Made by a program: the position numbers and the translations under genes. From Chloroflexota bacterium (lineage in GTDB: Bacteria > Chloroflexota > UBA11872 > VXOZ01), in contig CAXXVD010000003.1 of the NCBI GenBank assembly GCA_963662335.2, positions 384,001 to 448,000 of the forward strand: a DNA stretch of 64,000 bases, read 5' to 3'. Below, piece by piece: positions 9,612-19,246 of this stretch; positions within the stretch are counted from its first letter, which is position 1; each line of letters begins with the position of its first letter. The notes beneath the pieces are model-generated. The model was not told the origin of the DNA and searched no databases. It saw only the letters and a list, made by a program, of their open reading frames with translations.

Positions 9612-10544
9612 TCACGCGCCCGCGCGGTACTCGCGTTCCCGGTCGGGCAGCGTGGTTGGCTTGCCGAGCGCTTCCGCCATGGCGCGGACGTGGTAGGGCG
9701 CCATGCCGCAGCAGCCGCCGATGAACGCGATGCCGATGCTCTGGGCCTCTTTGGCGTATTCCGCCGCGGCGAAGCGCGTCAGCACGCGCGGCTCCACGGT
9801 CGTCCAGAGGCCCGGCACGACGATCTCGCGGTTGTACACCGCGCCGGGTTCCAGTTCGTAGGCCGTGGGCTGCACGCACACCGGCGCATCCACGGCCTTG
9901 CGCACGTGCCGGGCCAGCGGCAAGAGGGTTTGAGGCGGACGGTGGCAGTTCACGCCCACCACGTCGGCGCCCGCGTCCACCAGGCGTTTCGCGCCTGCAG
10001 CCGGTGTCAGGCCGTCCCGCGTCACGTCGTCTTCCTGGTAGGTCAGCGTGACGACGGCAGGGATACCGGCCTGCTTGACGAACGGAATGGCAATGCTGGC
10101 CTCCGCCACCGTGTGGAACGTCTCGACGATGAAGAGATCCACGCCGGCAGACGCCTGCTGGCCGATGCGCCGGTCGAAGAAGGCCGCTACTTCGCGGCGG
10201 TCGGCGGCGCTGAGTTGCGGCCGCCGCTTGCCGAAATACGGGCTGAGCGTGCCGGCCACGTAGCGGTCCGAGCCGGCGGCCTCGCGCGCCAGCGCCACCG
10301 CCGCGCGGTGCAACTCCGCGTCGCGCTCTATTGCGCCCACGCCCCAGGTCATCGCCTGCAAGACCTCGGCCCCGGCCCGGGCGAATTCGCGGTGAAGTTC
10401 CAGGACGCCATCGGGATGGTCGAGCACGGCCAACGGCACGCCGTCCCGATAGCTGCCCAGGCAACGGCGCTCCAGTTCCAAAAAATAGCCGCCGTCGCCC
10501 AGCACCGGCCCCTGCCGCAAACGCTCCAGAAAGTCTTGTGGCAA
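9612..10544 (-). CDS. Homocysteine S-methyltransferase family protein (BHMT-like)
   Basis: LGDGG, GVNC and GGCCG Zn ligands. Confidence 0.88.
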   Translation of the reverse strand: MPQDFLERLRQGPVLGDGGYFLELERRCLGSYRDGVPLAVLDHPDGVLELHREFARAGAEVLQAMTWGVGAIERDAELHRAAVALAREAAGSDRYVAGTLSPYFGKRRPQLSAADRREVAAFFDRRIGQQASAGVDLFIVETFHTVAEASIAIPFVKQAGIPAVVTLTYQEDDVTRDGLTPAAGAKRLVDAGADVVGVNCHRPPQTLLPLARHVRKAVDAPVCVQPTAYELEPGAVYNREIVVPGLWTTVEPRVLTRFAAAEYAKEAQSIGIAFIGGCCGMAPYHVRAMAEALGKPTTLPDREREYRAGA

Positions 10545-10954
10545 CGCAATACCCCCTCTACCGCAGCGCTCTCGCTTACCCTAGCGTACTCGCTTCCACG
10601 CCAAACGGCTAGCGGGCCGCCCGGGACACGCGCGCCGGTGGGGGAAGCGGCCGCAGCGTGAGACGATTGAAAGACAATACCGAGCGTGATAGGCTTGGCG
10701 GCAGCGCGCCGGCCCGCTTGCGGCTTGGTTGCAAGACGCATGGCACGCGGCCCCGGATAGCGGATGGACGGATTTCCTCTTAGCGGCGCGAATGAGGCCC
10801 ACGTGATCCGTCATTTCCGCGAAAGCGGGAATGACGCGCGCAGTCGCTCTCTACTCGTGACAATTACGGAGTTTGCGGGTGGGATTACTCTCGTGAGAAT
10901 GGTCGTACAGCCAGCCGTTAGCGCCGACCAAGCCGGAGACATCCGCTCTTCTTC

Positions 10955-12271
10955 TTGGATGGAAGTCGCGCGGTCAAGGCGATGAGAATGCCTGAACCCC
11001 TATTGGCCGCCTTCGCCGAAGTGGACATCACGCCGGCGGTGGAAGTCGCCGTCAACGGCAAGCGCCGGCGGCGCAATTTCACCGTGCACGATCCGCTCAT
11101 GGCGCGGCTTTGCGTGCTGCGGCAGGGGGCGCGGACCGTGGTTGTAGGGGGCATCGACGCGTTCGAACTTGGCCTGGGGTTCGAGGAGCGGGTGTGCGGG
11201 CGCCTGGCGGATACCGGCATCACGAGCGAGGCGCTGCTCTTTTCGCCGTCGCACGTGGGCATGTCGCCCATCTCGCACTACGGCGCGTACATCATCGTCT
11301 TTGCCCAGGACCTTATCATCGCGGACTTCGAAGCCGAGTGCGCGGCGCGCATCGCCGCCGGCATCCGGGAGGCGCTGACGAATCTCACGCCCGTGCGCGT
11401 CGCCGCCGGGGTCGGGCGCGCACCGGGCCTCACGCGCAACCGCCGCTGGCTCACGCCCGACGGCACGGTGGAGATGGTGGGCATAAACGCGAAACCTCCC
11501 ACCACTGCCGGCTGGGCCGAGCAGGGCGTGGACGACGCGGTGCGCGTAATCCGCTTCGATTCCACGGCGGGCGCGCCGCTTGGCGCGCTGGTCAACTTTG
11601 GCTGCCACGCGCTCTGCTCGGACGACCGCTACGGCGACATAACCGCCGACTACCCGCAGCACGTGGCGGCAGTCTTTCGCAAGGCGGCGGGAATCCCGGT
11701 TGTCTTCACCCAAGGCAGCATCGGCGAGCAGATTCCGGTGGAAGCGCAGGGGGCGGATTCCGCCCGTCGCATCGGCCATGCCCTGGGCGCGCGGGCGCTC
11801 TCCGTCTTCGCGCAGATCGCGCACAGCGCGGCCCCGGCGCTGCGCGTTCACTACGGGCAGGCAAACGTGCCGGCGCGGCAGGTGGCGGCGGAACCCGCCG
11901 CGGCGCGGGACGACCTGCGCAACTCCCGCGCCCGCTACCGGCGGTATCTCTACGAACGCTACCACACGCATCCCTTCATTGCGTATCCGCTGCGGGCCGT
12001 CGCGTTCGGAGACGAAATTGCGCTCCTCGCGCTGCCGGGCGAACTCTTCCACGAAACGGTGCTCGCCATTCAGGCGGAGTCGCCGTTCGCGCATACGCTC
12101 GTGCTGAGCCGCGCCTGCCGGGAGGTGGGCTACGCGCCCGCGCCGGCGGCCTTCGCCCAGGGCGGGATGGAGCCCGCGCTGACGTCGCTCACGCCGGCGT
12201 CCGAGCCGGTGATCCGGCGGCGCGCGCTCGATTTGCTCCAGCGGTGCAAGGAGCGCAGCCGGGCGTCGTGA
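10955..12271 (+). CDS. Neutral/alkaline ceramidase-like amidohydrolase (true start probably 10982 or 10988)
   Basis: DITP, HDPLMAR, NFGCH, TADYP, LPGELF motifs. Confidence 0.7.
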   Translation: MDGSRAVKAMRMPEPLLAAFAEVDITPAVEVAVNGKRRRRNFTVHDPLMARLCVLRQGARTVVVGGIDAFELGLGFEERVCGRLADTGITSEALLFSPSHVGMSPISHYGAYIIVFAQDLIIADFEAECAARIAAGIREALTNLTPVRVAAGVGRAPGLTRNRRWLTPDGTVEMVGINAKPPTTAGWAEQGVDDAVRVIRFDSTAGAPLGALVNFGCHALCSDDRYGDITADYPQHVAAVFRKAAGIPVVFTQGSIGEQIPVEAQGADSARRIGHALGARALSVFAQIAHSAAPALRVHYGQANVPARQVAAEPAAARDDLRNSRARYRRYLYERYHTHPFIAYPLRAVAFGDEIALLALPGELFHETVLAIQAESPFAHTLVLSRACREVGYAPAPAAFAQGGMEPALTSLTPASEPVIRRRALDLLQRCKERSRAS

Positions 12272-12311
12272 TGGGCCTGAGCATGGAGTAAGCGGCCGGG
12301 GCGCGCACGGC

Positions 12312-12349
12312 AAAAGAACGAGGCTGCGGATCAACAGATCCGCAGCCTC
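12312..12349 (-). terminator. Intrinsic terminator of the RRM gene
   Basis: 13-bp perfect stem 12320-12332/12337-12349 followed on the minus strand by GTTCTTTT. Confidence 0.7.
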
Positions 12350-12434
12350 TGCGCCTTCGTGCCCAGTACGGGAACGGGCGATTATTCTTGCGTGTCCCGC
12401 CACGCCGCTCGCGCGGCGCAGCGATTGGCGCCGC

Positions 12435-12719
12435 TTACCAGGAACGGGTGCGATTGAACTCGCGCGGGCGCCGCTCGGCGCGCGGGCGCGCCTGGTTGAC
12501 GTTCAGCGCGCGGCCGCCGTGTTCCTTCTGGTTCAGGGCGCTGATGGCGGCCTCGGCCTCGGCCTGGGAGGGCATCTCCACGAAGCCGAAACCGCGCGAG
12601 CGGCCGGTATCGCGGTCGAGAATGACGGAGGCCGAAGAGACTTCGCCAAACTCCTCGAACAAGACCCGCAGTTCCTCATCGGTCGTCGAATAGGGAAGGT
12701 TCCCTACATAGATATTCAC
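12435..12719 (-). CDS. RRM (RNP-1) RNA-binding protein
   Basis: IYVGNL (RNP-2) and RGFGFVEM (RNP-1). Confidence 0.95.
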   Translation of the reverse strand: MNIYVGNLPYSTTDEELRVLFEEFGEVSSASVILDRDTGRSRGFGFVEMPSQAEAEAAISALNQKEHGGRALNVNQARPRAERRPREFNRTRSW

Positions 12720-13192
12720 AGTCGGTTCCTTTTCTCAGACTGCCGCCTGACGCCGCCGGCCGGCAGACCACATCTCAATACTGCTAACGAAAAAACTCGC
12801 GGTGCACGCGGTGCACCTCATACCCTGCACGGCGTTGCTGGTGCGCTTGCGCATTGGAGAGCGCGGCCCCCTCGTTCTCAGGTAGCCGCAAAAGTTCTCA
12901 GCCATGCGCTAGCAATCGGTCTGCGCGGTAAACACTCCTTTCCCACAAGACGCCTGGGAAGGTAAACGGACACTTAATCCGCAACGGAAGGTCGCAACCG
13001 TAGCAACGAACTGAGGCGAAACTGCAGACGCATACTCTTCGCGTTCAATCCAGCACCCACGCCACACCAGGCAAAAACTCATACCTTATCTACTTTACCA
13101 TCTTCTGCGCGTTTTGCAAGTGTGAGACTAAGCGGAAACAGCCGGCGGCCTCAGCTTGCCGCGGTGAAAGGGGAATTCGCGCTCACGCGCGC

Positions 13193-14134
13193 CTAATTGC
13201 CAATCGGATCCGTGATATTCCCGAAGAGTTCGTGCACGCGGGCGTAGTCGGCCGGCGGCAGCGTGGGGTCCGCCAGCGCGCGCAGGTTGCGCTGGAAGTG
13301 CTCCAGATTGGCCGTGCCGCTCAGCACCGTGCTCACGGCCGGGTGCATCGCGGTGAACTTGTACGCGGCGTCGGTGAGCGAATCCACGTTGCCGTGGACC
13401 AGCCAATCCAGGGGCCGCCGCTCCGGCACGGCGTCCGCCGCCAGCAGGCCGCGCCGCTTCAGGCCGGCAATCGTCTCTTCCAAACGCTCCGGCACGGCCA
13501 GCACCCGCCGCACCGCGAACATGACGAACACGCCCACGTTCCGCTCCAGGCAGCGCGGGTAGACCAGGCGGTCGGCGCTGTGGTTGAGCAGGTTGTAGCC
13601 CACCATGGCGGTCGCGAAGTGGTCGTCCGCCAGCGCCATTTGCAGCATCTCGTGGGCGCCGTCTTCGCCGTATTGCTCGGTGATGCCGAGCCAGCGGCAC
13701 TTGCCCTGGTCGCGCAGTTTCTCGACTGTGGGCAGCAGGCGTTCCATCACCGTCCGGTAAAGCGATGGGCGCACGCCGTGAAACTGGAGGATTTCGACGG
13801 AGTCCGTCCGCAGGCGGGTCAGGCTGCGCTCCACCGAGGCGACCACGTCCCCCGGCGCGACGACTTCGCCATCCTGTTCCGGCGTGAACTTGGTTGCCAG
13901 GTAGTAGCGATCCCGGGGCACGCCCTGGAGCGCGCGTCCCAGGATGGCCTCGCTCTCGCGGTAGCCCGCGGCGGTATCGAAGATGTTGACGCCGGCGTCC
14001 AGCGCCTGCCGCACCAGGCGGTGTATGTCGGCTTCCGGCACGCCGGACCGTTGGCCGAAGTTGCTCGGCCCGCCGGTGCCGACGCCCAATAACGAGACGC
14101 GCAAGCCGGTGCGGCCCAACGTACGGTAGAGCAC
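13193..14134 (-). CDS. Aldo/keto reductase
   Basis: YRTLGRTGLRVS, DTAAGY, ATKF, SLTRLRTD; GTG start after GAGGGAG. Confidence 0.9.
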   Translation of the reverse strand: MLYRTLGRTGLRVSLLGVGTGGPSNFGQRSGVPEADIHRLVRQALDAGVNIFDTAAGYRESEAILGRALQGVPRDRYYLATKFTPEQDGEVVAPGDVVASVERSLTRLRTDSVEILQFHGVRPSLYRTVMERLLPTVEKLRDQGKCRWLGITEQYGEDGAHEMLQMALADDHFATAMVGYNLLNHSADRLVYPRCLERNVGVFVMFAVRRVLAVPERLEETIAGLKRRGLLAADAVPERRPLDWLVHGNVDSLTDAAYKFTAMHPAVSTVLSGTANLEHFQRNLRALADPTLPPADYARVHELFGNITDPIGN

Positions 14135-14294
14135 TGAGATTACTCCCTCTCGACAGATTGGCTTTCCAGCAGATATTATACGAGAGAACGGCCTCCGGCC
14201 GCGCTCTTTGGGCAGACCCGGCGGCGGCTGCCTGCGGCCGGCCGAGAGCGACACTGCCGACTTTCACTCGCACACGCATAAGGAGTCTTGCCGC

Positions 14295-15854
14295 GTGCAA
14301 CGCCGTACTCTGCTGACAGGCGCGCTGGCGGCTGCGTTGGCGCCGTTGCCGGCAGCCTGCGGCGGGAGCAAGACCGGCGGGACGCTGCGCATCGAACTGC
14401 CGCTGCCGGACGCGCTCGCGCCGGCGGCGCTGCAATCCGATCTGGACGCGCAGTTGGCGGCGCACGTCTACAGCGGACTGGTCACCCTAAACGCCGACGG
14501 CGAGCCAATCCCCGACCTGGCGCAACGCTGGTCGCTCTCAGCGGACGGCCGGGTCTACCGGTTTCCGCTGCGGTCCGGCTTGCGTTTCCATACCGGCGCC
14601 GAACTCACGGCCGGCCACGTCAAGCAGACGTGGCAGCGCATCCTCCATCCAGGACGCGAAGCGCCGCGCGGCCTGGCGTTGCTCGGCCGGATCGCGGGCG
14701 TGGCCGCTTACCGGAACGGGCTTTCCGGCGAGATCAGCGGTGTCCGCGCCCTGGATGAGCGCACGTTGGAAATCGAACTCACCGAGCCCGATCTTACCTT
14801 GCCCGCAAAGCTGACGCACCCCGCCACGTACGTCCAGGCGCCAACCGGCGGCGCGGACACGGCTTCGCTGGTTGGCAGCGGCCCCTTTGCCGTGGTGGAC
14901 TGGGCGCCCGGGGCGCTGTTGTCCCTGGCGCGCAGCGAGACCTACTACGGCTTTGCGCCGCTGTTGGATCGCGTGGAAATCACCGGCGGTACCGACGCGG
15001 CATCGCTCAGCCGCTACACCAATGATGCGCTGGACGTGCTCTACGTGGGCGCGAACGACATCGCCGCGGTGCTGGATCGGAACAATCCGCTGCACAAGGA
15101 GTTGCGCGTCCACGACGGCCTGGACGTCACCTTCCTTGCCATGAACAACCGCATGCCGCCGTTCGACGACCGGGGCGTGCGTCTGGCTTTTGCCTTAGCC
15201 ATCGACCGGGCCGCCATCGTGGAGCAGGTGTTCTCCCTGACTGTCGGCAAGGCGACGGCGCTGCTGCCGCCTTCGCTGGCGCAAACCGCCGCCGCAACGA
15301 CTGACTTCGACATCTCCAAGGCGCGGCAAGCATTGGCCGACTCCCGCTACCGCGACGTGAGCAACCTGCCGGAGATCGCCTTCACCGTGCCGGGCACGCG
15401 CGGCCCGCCGCCCTCTGAGGTCGTCGCGCTGGTCAATATCTTCGAGCAGCATCTTGGCGTGCGCATCCACGTGCAGCGCGAGCCGTGGCAGAGTTTCGTC
15501 GATTTGCTCCACAAGCGGGAGAATCCGTTTCAGATCTTCCTCTTTACGTGGCACGCCGACTATCCCGACCCGGGCGCGGTGCTCGATCCGCTCTTCCAGT
15601 CCACGAGCTTGCGGAACTTCAGCGGCTACGCCAACCCGGAAGTAGACGAACTGCTGCGCCAGGCGCGGGGCGAGCGCGACGCCGGCCGGCGCCGGGAGGC
15701 GATTGCGGCCGTGGAACAACTCGTCGCCGCCGATGCGCCCGTGACGCCGCTGTGGCACGACCGGTCGTACGTGCTGGTGAAACCGTGGGTGCGGGACGCG
15801 CAACTCACGGCGAGCGCGCGTCCGTGGCTGAACCGGGTCTACCGGGACGAGTAG
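14295..15854 (+). CDS. Family 5 (peptide/nickel) ABC substrate-binding Tat lipoprotein
   Basis: QRRTLL...AAC signal, PDLAQRW, GSGPF, WHADYPDP; AAGGAG RBS. Confidence 0.88.
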   Translation: MQRRTLLTGALAAALAPLPAACGGSKTGGTLRIELPLPDALAPAALQSDLDAQLAAHVYSGLVTLNADGEPIPDLAQRWSLSADGRVYRFPLRSGLRFHTGAELTAGHVKQTWQRILHPGREAPRGLALLGRIAGVAAYRNGLSGEISGVRALDERTLEIELTEPDLTLPAKLTHPATYVQAPTGGADTASLVGSGPFAVVDWAPGALLSLARSETYYGFAPLLDRVEITGGTDAASLSRYTNDALDVLYVGANDIAAVLDRNNPLHKELRVHDGLDVTFLAMNNRMPPFDDRGVRLAFALAIDRAAIVEQVFSLTVGKATALLPPSLAQTAAATTDFDISKARQALADSRYRDVSNLPEIAFTVPGTRGPPPSEVVALVNIFEQHLGVRIHVQREPWQSFVDLLHKRENPFQIFLFTWHADYPDPGAVLDPLFQSTSLRNFSGYANPEVDELLRQARGERDAGRRREAIAAVEQLVAADAPVTPLWHDRSYVLVKPWVRDAQLTASARPWLNRVYRDE

Positions 15855-15926
15855 GCCGCGCCGGGCGCTCAGAGCAAGCGGCCGGGAGAATGCTGCCGAA
15901 TTTATCTGCTTTTTGCGTGTAAACCC

Positions 15927-15955
15927 TTGCACGGGATACATCGCTGTGGTATGCT
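15927..15955 (+). promoter_or_regulatory. Sigma70-like promoter driving the riboswitch
   Basis: TTGCAC-17 bp-TATGCT with extended TG. Confidence 0.6.
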
Positions 15956-15969
15956 CTTTGGTGAAAAGA

Positions 15970-16085
15970 CTAAACGCGCCAAATCCGCGAAGCGGAGCGG
16001 GGGACCCACCAACTGGGGTGAACCGCGGTTGTGCGGAGGGTGACTCTTTCCACCCTAACCCGACAGCTAACCTCGTAGGCGATAG
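15970..16085 (+). promoter_or_regulatory. Cyclic di-AMP (ydaO/yuaA) riboswitch
   Basis: Consensus blocks AATCC, GGGGGACCCA, GGGGTGAA, AACCCGACAGCTAACCTCGTAGGC. Confidence 0.9.
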
Positions 16086-16086
16086 G

Positions 16087-16130
16087 AAGAGCTTGTTGGC
16101 CCGTAGCGGCGGAGAAGCTCTTTTGTTGTT
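16087..16130 (+). terminator. Riboswitch expression-platform terminator
   Basis: AAGAGCTT/AAGCTCTT stem followed by TTGTTGTT. Confidence 0.6.
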
Positions 16131-16426
16131 AACGGACGTGCACGCGCGCCGATCTTCCCCTCTCGGTACGCCTTCTCCCCTACCGGCCGAAAGCCAGCTT
16201 GGCTATCGCGGGTCCCGCGTGCGGCCCCCGCTTGCCCGGCAGTACGCAGCGCTCTTACCGTAGCATGCACTCCTCCTGAATGCTCCTCCTGTTCGCACCA
16301 CCCCACACCGGCCCTCTCCCCCAGGGCCGGTGTCGGCTTTAAGCGCGCCCACCGGCGGGCGCGGGTTGGGGACGCGTTCCCTGCCAATTCTCTCCGCACT
16401 TGCCATTAGCAGGAAACGTGCCCTAA

Positions 16427-16508
16427 TATGAAATCATAATGTCTGTAACCCCACGCTCAACTCCATCTATGAAATCATAATGTCTGTAACCCCACGCTCA
16501 ACTCCATC
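16427..16508 (+). repeat. Exact 41-bp tandem duplication spanning the glycosyltransferase start
   Basis: TATGAAATCATAATGTCTGTAACCCCACGCTCAACTCCATC at 16427-16467 and 16468-16508. Confidence 0.95.
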
Positions 16509-17214
16509 AATGACGATCTCGCTGGTGCTGCCCGCGCTCAACGAGGGTGACAACATCGCCGCCACCCTGGACGACTGCGTGGCAACCCTGCAGCGGGTCG
16601 CCGGCGACTACGAGGTCATCGTCGTCGATAACGACAGCACGGACGATACGGCGGACATCGTGCGGCAACTTCAGGCCGAGAACGAGCGCATCCAGTTGAT
16701 CCACCAGCCGGTGCGCGGCTACGGCTCCGCGATCTGGACGGGGCTGAAGGCCGCCCGCATGGAGATCGTCGGCTGGCGGGATTCCGACTCCCAGTACCGC
16801 ACCACGGACATCGTGCCCATGCTCCAGGCGCTGGATACCCACGACGTGGTGGTGGGCCACCGCGTGCAGCGCCAGGACCCCTCCCACCGCCTGCTCTTCG
16901 CGCTGCTCTGGAATCTGCTGAACCGCATCCTCTTCGGGTTCGTGGCGCACGACATGGACTGCGGCTGCAAGATCTTCCGGCGCGCGGTGGTGGACACGCT
17001 GGACGTGAAGGCCACGGGCGCGGTCTTCAACATCGAGTTCTTGGTGCAGGCCAAACGCGCCGGCTTCCGCGTGGGCGAGGTGTCGATCAGCCATCAGCCC
17101 CGCCACGCCGGCGAGAATACCGGCGGCAGCGCGCGCGTGATCCTGCGCGCGCTGCGTGAGGTGCTGCGCCTGCGGTGGCGGCTGCTGCGTGAACCGCGCC
17201 CGACACGAGGTTGA
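16480..17214 (+). CDS. Glycosyltransferase family 2 (DPM1-like)
   Basis: LPALNE, VVDNDSTD, GYGSA, DSD (DxD), DMDCGCK. Confidence 0.9.
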   Translation: MSVTPRSTPSMTISLVLPALNEGDNIAATLDDCVATLQRVAGDYEVIVVDNDSTDDTADIVRQLQAENERIQLIHQPVRGYGSAIWTGLKAARMEIVGWRDSDSQYRTTDIVPMLQALDTHDVVVGHRVQRQDPSHRLLFALLWNLLNRILFGFVAHDMDCGCKIFRRAVVDTLDVKATGAVFNIEFLVQAKRAGFRVGEVSISHQPRHAGENTGGSARVILRALREVLRLRWRLLREPRPTRG

Positions 17215-17220
17215 GCCGGA

Positions 17221-17757
17221 GTGCTGACGGTGCTCTGGGAAAACGCGCCTGGATGTCCGGCCCAACGCGCGCTGCTGGAACGGGTGTTTGCCGCGGCCTG
17301 CGCCGCTACGGGCGCCCAGCCGTCCGTGGAAGTCTCCGTGCTGCTGGCGGACGACGCGCGCCTGCACGCGCTGAACCGCGCCTACCGCGGCAAGGATGCG
17401 CCGGCGGACGTGCTGTCGTTTGCTGAACGTGATGCGCGGACGGAAGACGCAGGTTGCAAACCTGCGCTACCGCCGGACGAGGCAAGCCCCGTCTCCGCGC
17501 TGCCGCCGGACGACGCAGGTTGCGACCATGGGATACTACCGGGGGATGAGGAATACCTGGGCGACATCGCCATCTCGCTGCCGCGCGTCCATGCCCAGGC
17601 GGCCGCGTACGGCCACAGCGAAGAACGCGAACTCGCCTACCTCTTCGTCCACGGCTTCCTGCACCTGTTGGGGCACACCCATAACGACGATACCGCCTAC
17701 CGGCAGATGCGCACGCAGGAAGAGGCGATTCTCACCGCCGCTGGCCCGTTGCGTTGA
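17221..17757 (+). CDS. ybeY: rRNA maturation RNase YbeY with a REP-derived loop insertion
   Basis: LNRAYRGKD, DVLSF, LGDI, HGFLHLLGHTH. Confidence 0.92.
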   Translation: MLTVLWENAPGCPAQRALLERVFAAACAATGAQPSVEVSVLLADDARLHALNRAYRGKDAPADVLSFAERDARTEDAGCKPALPPDEASPVSALPPDDAGCDHGILPGDEEYLGDIAISLPRVHAQAAAYGHSEERELAYLFVHGFLHLLGHTHNDDTAYRQMRTQEEAILTAAGPLR

Positions 17758-17800
17758 ATAGGCTAGTCGATGTGGGGTTAGTCTACGTTCACTTCGGCTA

Positions 17801-18901
17801 TTACGTGCCGCCCCGCCACTCGAGCTTTACCTTTAGGTCGTTAAGGCTCCCCCAAGGAATCTGCTCTTCATGTTGAAGTCGGCCCACAACGATTCCCGGT
17901 GCAATGCCCTGCTCTGCGGCAAACTGACTAACGGCTGCTTTGCTAAACGGAGGCGCAAACGAAAACCGCTCCCACTCTTCAGGAGATACTAGGAAGTTGC
18001 TTGCCCATTGGTCGGCTTCAGCTTCAGAGTTTGTGTTTGGGCCTCGGTTGGAATCGACATAGATGTGTTTCTTACTGTGGAGGAGTAAGTGGGCCGCCTC
18101 GTGAAAGAAGCTAAACCAAAAGTGATCGTCAGACTTGTGGCGCGCACTCAGTTGAATCAGGCCTTTGCGCGGCGATAGCCATCGAGCAGCGCCACTGACC
18201 GCCATCTTGGGGAAAGGCTTGACGCAAACAAGCGCCACGCCCGCACCCCTGCAAAGGTTGCTGGTTTCTGCCAACGCACTGTCAAATGGCTCACGCGTAA
18301 GTTCGCGGATGCGTCCAAGCACTCGCCTAAATTCAGGTTTGTTGTATTCAGCGCACTCTTGCTCCGCGGCCTCAATTTCGCCAAGCCGGAGCCATGTCGC
18401 CAATACTGATGGGTCACTCTTGAAACTCGGAGAGTGCCGGTATGCAACGCCCATCTCACCGCTCTTGACCTGCCAAGCATCAACAGAGGCAACACCAAAG
18501 AAAGCGAGAAGCTTCGATACAGCATCCGAATCCGATGGTGGCCTATCTACGGCGCCACGGATCACTAGCTCCTTGACGGGAAACGACTTGGACCACTCAA
18601 CGTGCTCTGAGGCTCGCGCCGTCTCAGCCGCTTGGGCTTCGTGCAGGCGATACTCGGCTTCAATGCCGAGCCAGATAGTGGCGTCAAGGCCCAATACTTT
18701 CTCGAATTGAAGTGCTGTCTCAGGGGTAAGCGGAGCCACGCCAGCAATTATCTCGCTGATGAGTTTGGGAGAGCGACCGCACCGACGAGCAAACTCAGCC
18801 TGCGAAATGCCGCGCGTCTCAAGATGCTCGCTCAGTATCCAGCCAGGCGGGACCGCATAGTCCGGCTCATACTGGTTGACTGGCGTAGACATGTCCTTCA
18901 C
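17801..18901 (-). CDS. higA: HigA-type HTH antitoxin fused to an ImmA/IrrE (M78) metallopeptidase
   Basis: PPGWILSEHL HTH; FWFSFFHEAAH HExxH; EAEADQWA. Confidence 0.85.
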   Translation of the reverse strand: MKDMSTPVNQYEPDYAVPPGWILSEHLETRGISQAEFARRCGRSPKLISEIIAGVAPLTPETALQFEKVLGLDATIWLGIEAEYRLHEAQAAETARASEHVEWSKSFPVKELVIRGAVDRPPSDSDAVSKLLAFFGVASVDAWQVKSGEMGVAYRHSPSFKSDPSVLATWLRLGEIEAAEQECAEYNKPEFRRVLGRIRELTREPFDSALAETSNLCRGAGVALVCVKPFPKMAVSGAARWLSPRKGLIQLSARHKSDDHFWFSFFHEAAHLLLHSKKHIYVDSNRGPNTNSEAEADQWASNFLVSPEEWERFSFAPPFSKAAVSQFAAEQGIAPGIVVGRLQHEEQIPWGSLNDLKVKLEWRGGT

Positions 18902-18907
18902 CTTCGT

Positions 18908-19246
18908 TCACTGATGGTAGTCAGCTACCTCGAGGATAGTAATGGCGGTCACGCGGTCTACGTCGATTCCACCGTCCTCTCTATATGGAATTGGCTCATT
19001 GGCTGGTGCGAACACAAGCCTGACTGAACGTGTAAGATCAACTGCGTACTGCCCCGCTCGGTTGCCACTGAGTTGATGCCTTCGTTCCGGTGGCGTAGTG
19101 GGTACCATTGCCAGTGTTCGGGCGCTTCGTAAGACCCCCAACCGTACTTGGATGGATTTGGCCGTTTGGGATCCATACGCTCTCGTCAAGTTTCTTTGGG
19201 AATTGAAGATTCCTGCGAGCTTGCGGTTTCGAAAGACTATGACCAC
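18908..19246 (-). CDS. higB: HigB-like (RelE/ParE superfamily) toxin
   Basis: HQLSGNRAGQYAVDL...RLVF, DYH C-terminus; directly upstream of higA. Confidence 0.85.
   Translation of the reverse strand: MVIVFRNRKLAGIFNSQRNLTRAYGSQTAKSIQVRLGVLRSARTLAMVPTTPPERRHQLSGNRAGQYAVDLTRSVRLVFAPANEPIPYREDGGIDVDRVTAITILEVADYHQ

Noticed and set aside
15913-16263. 116-aa ORF
   Set aside because: It overlaps the promoter, c-di-AMP riboswitch and terminator, and has no protein motif.
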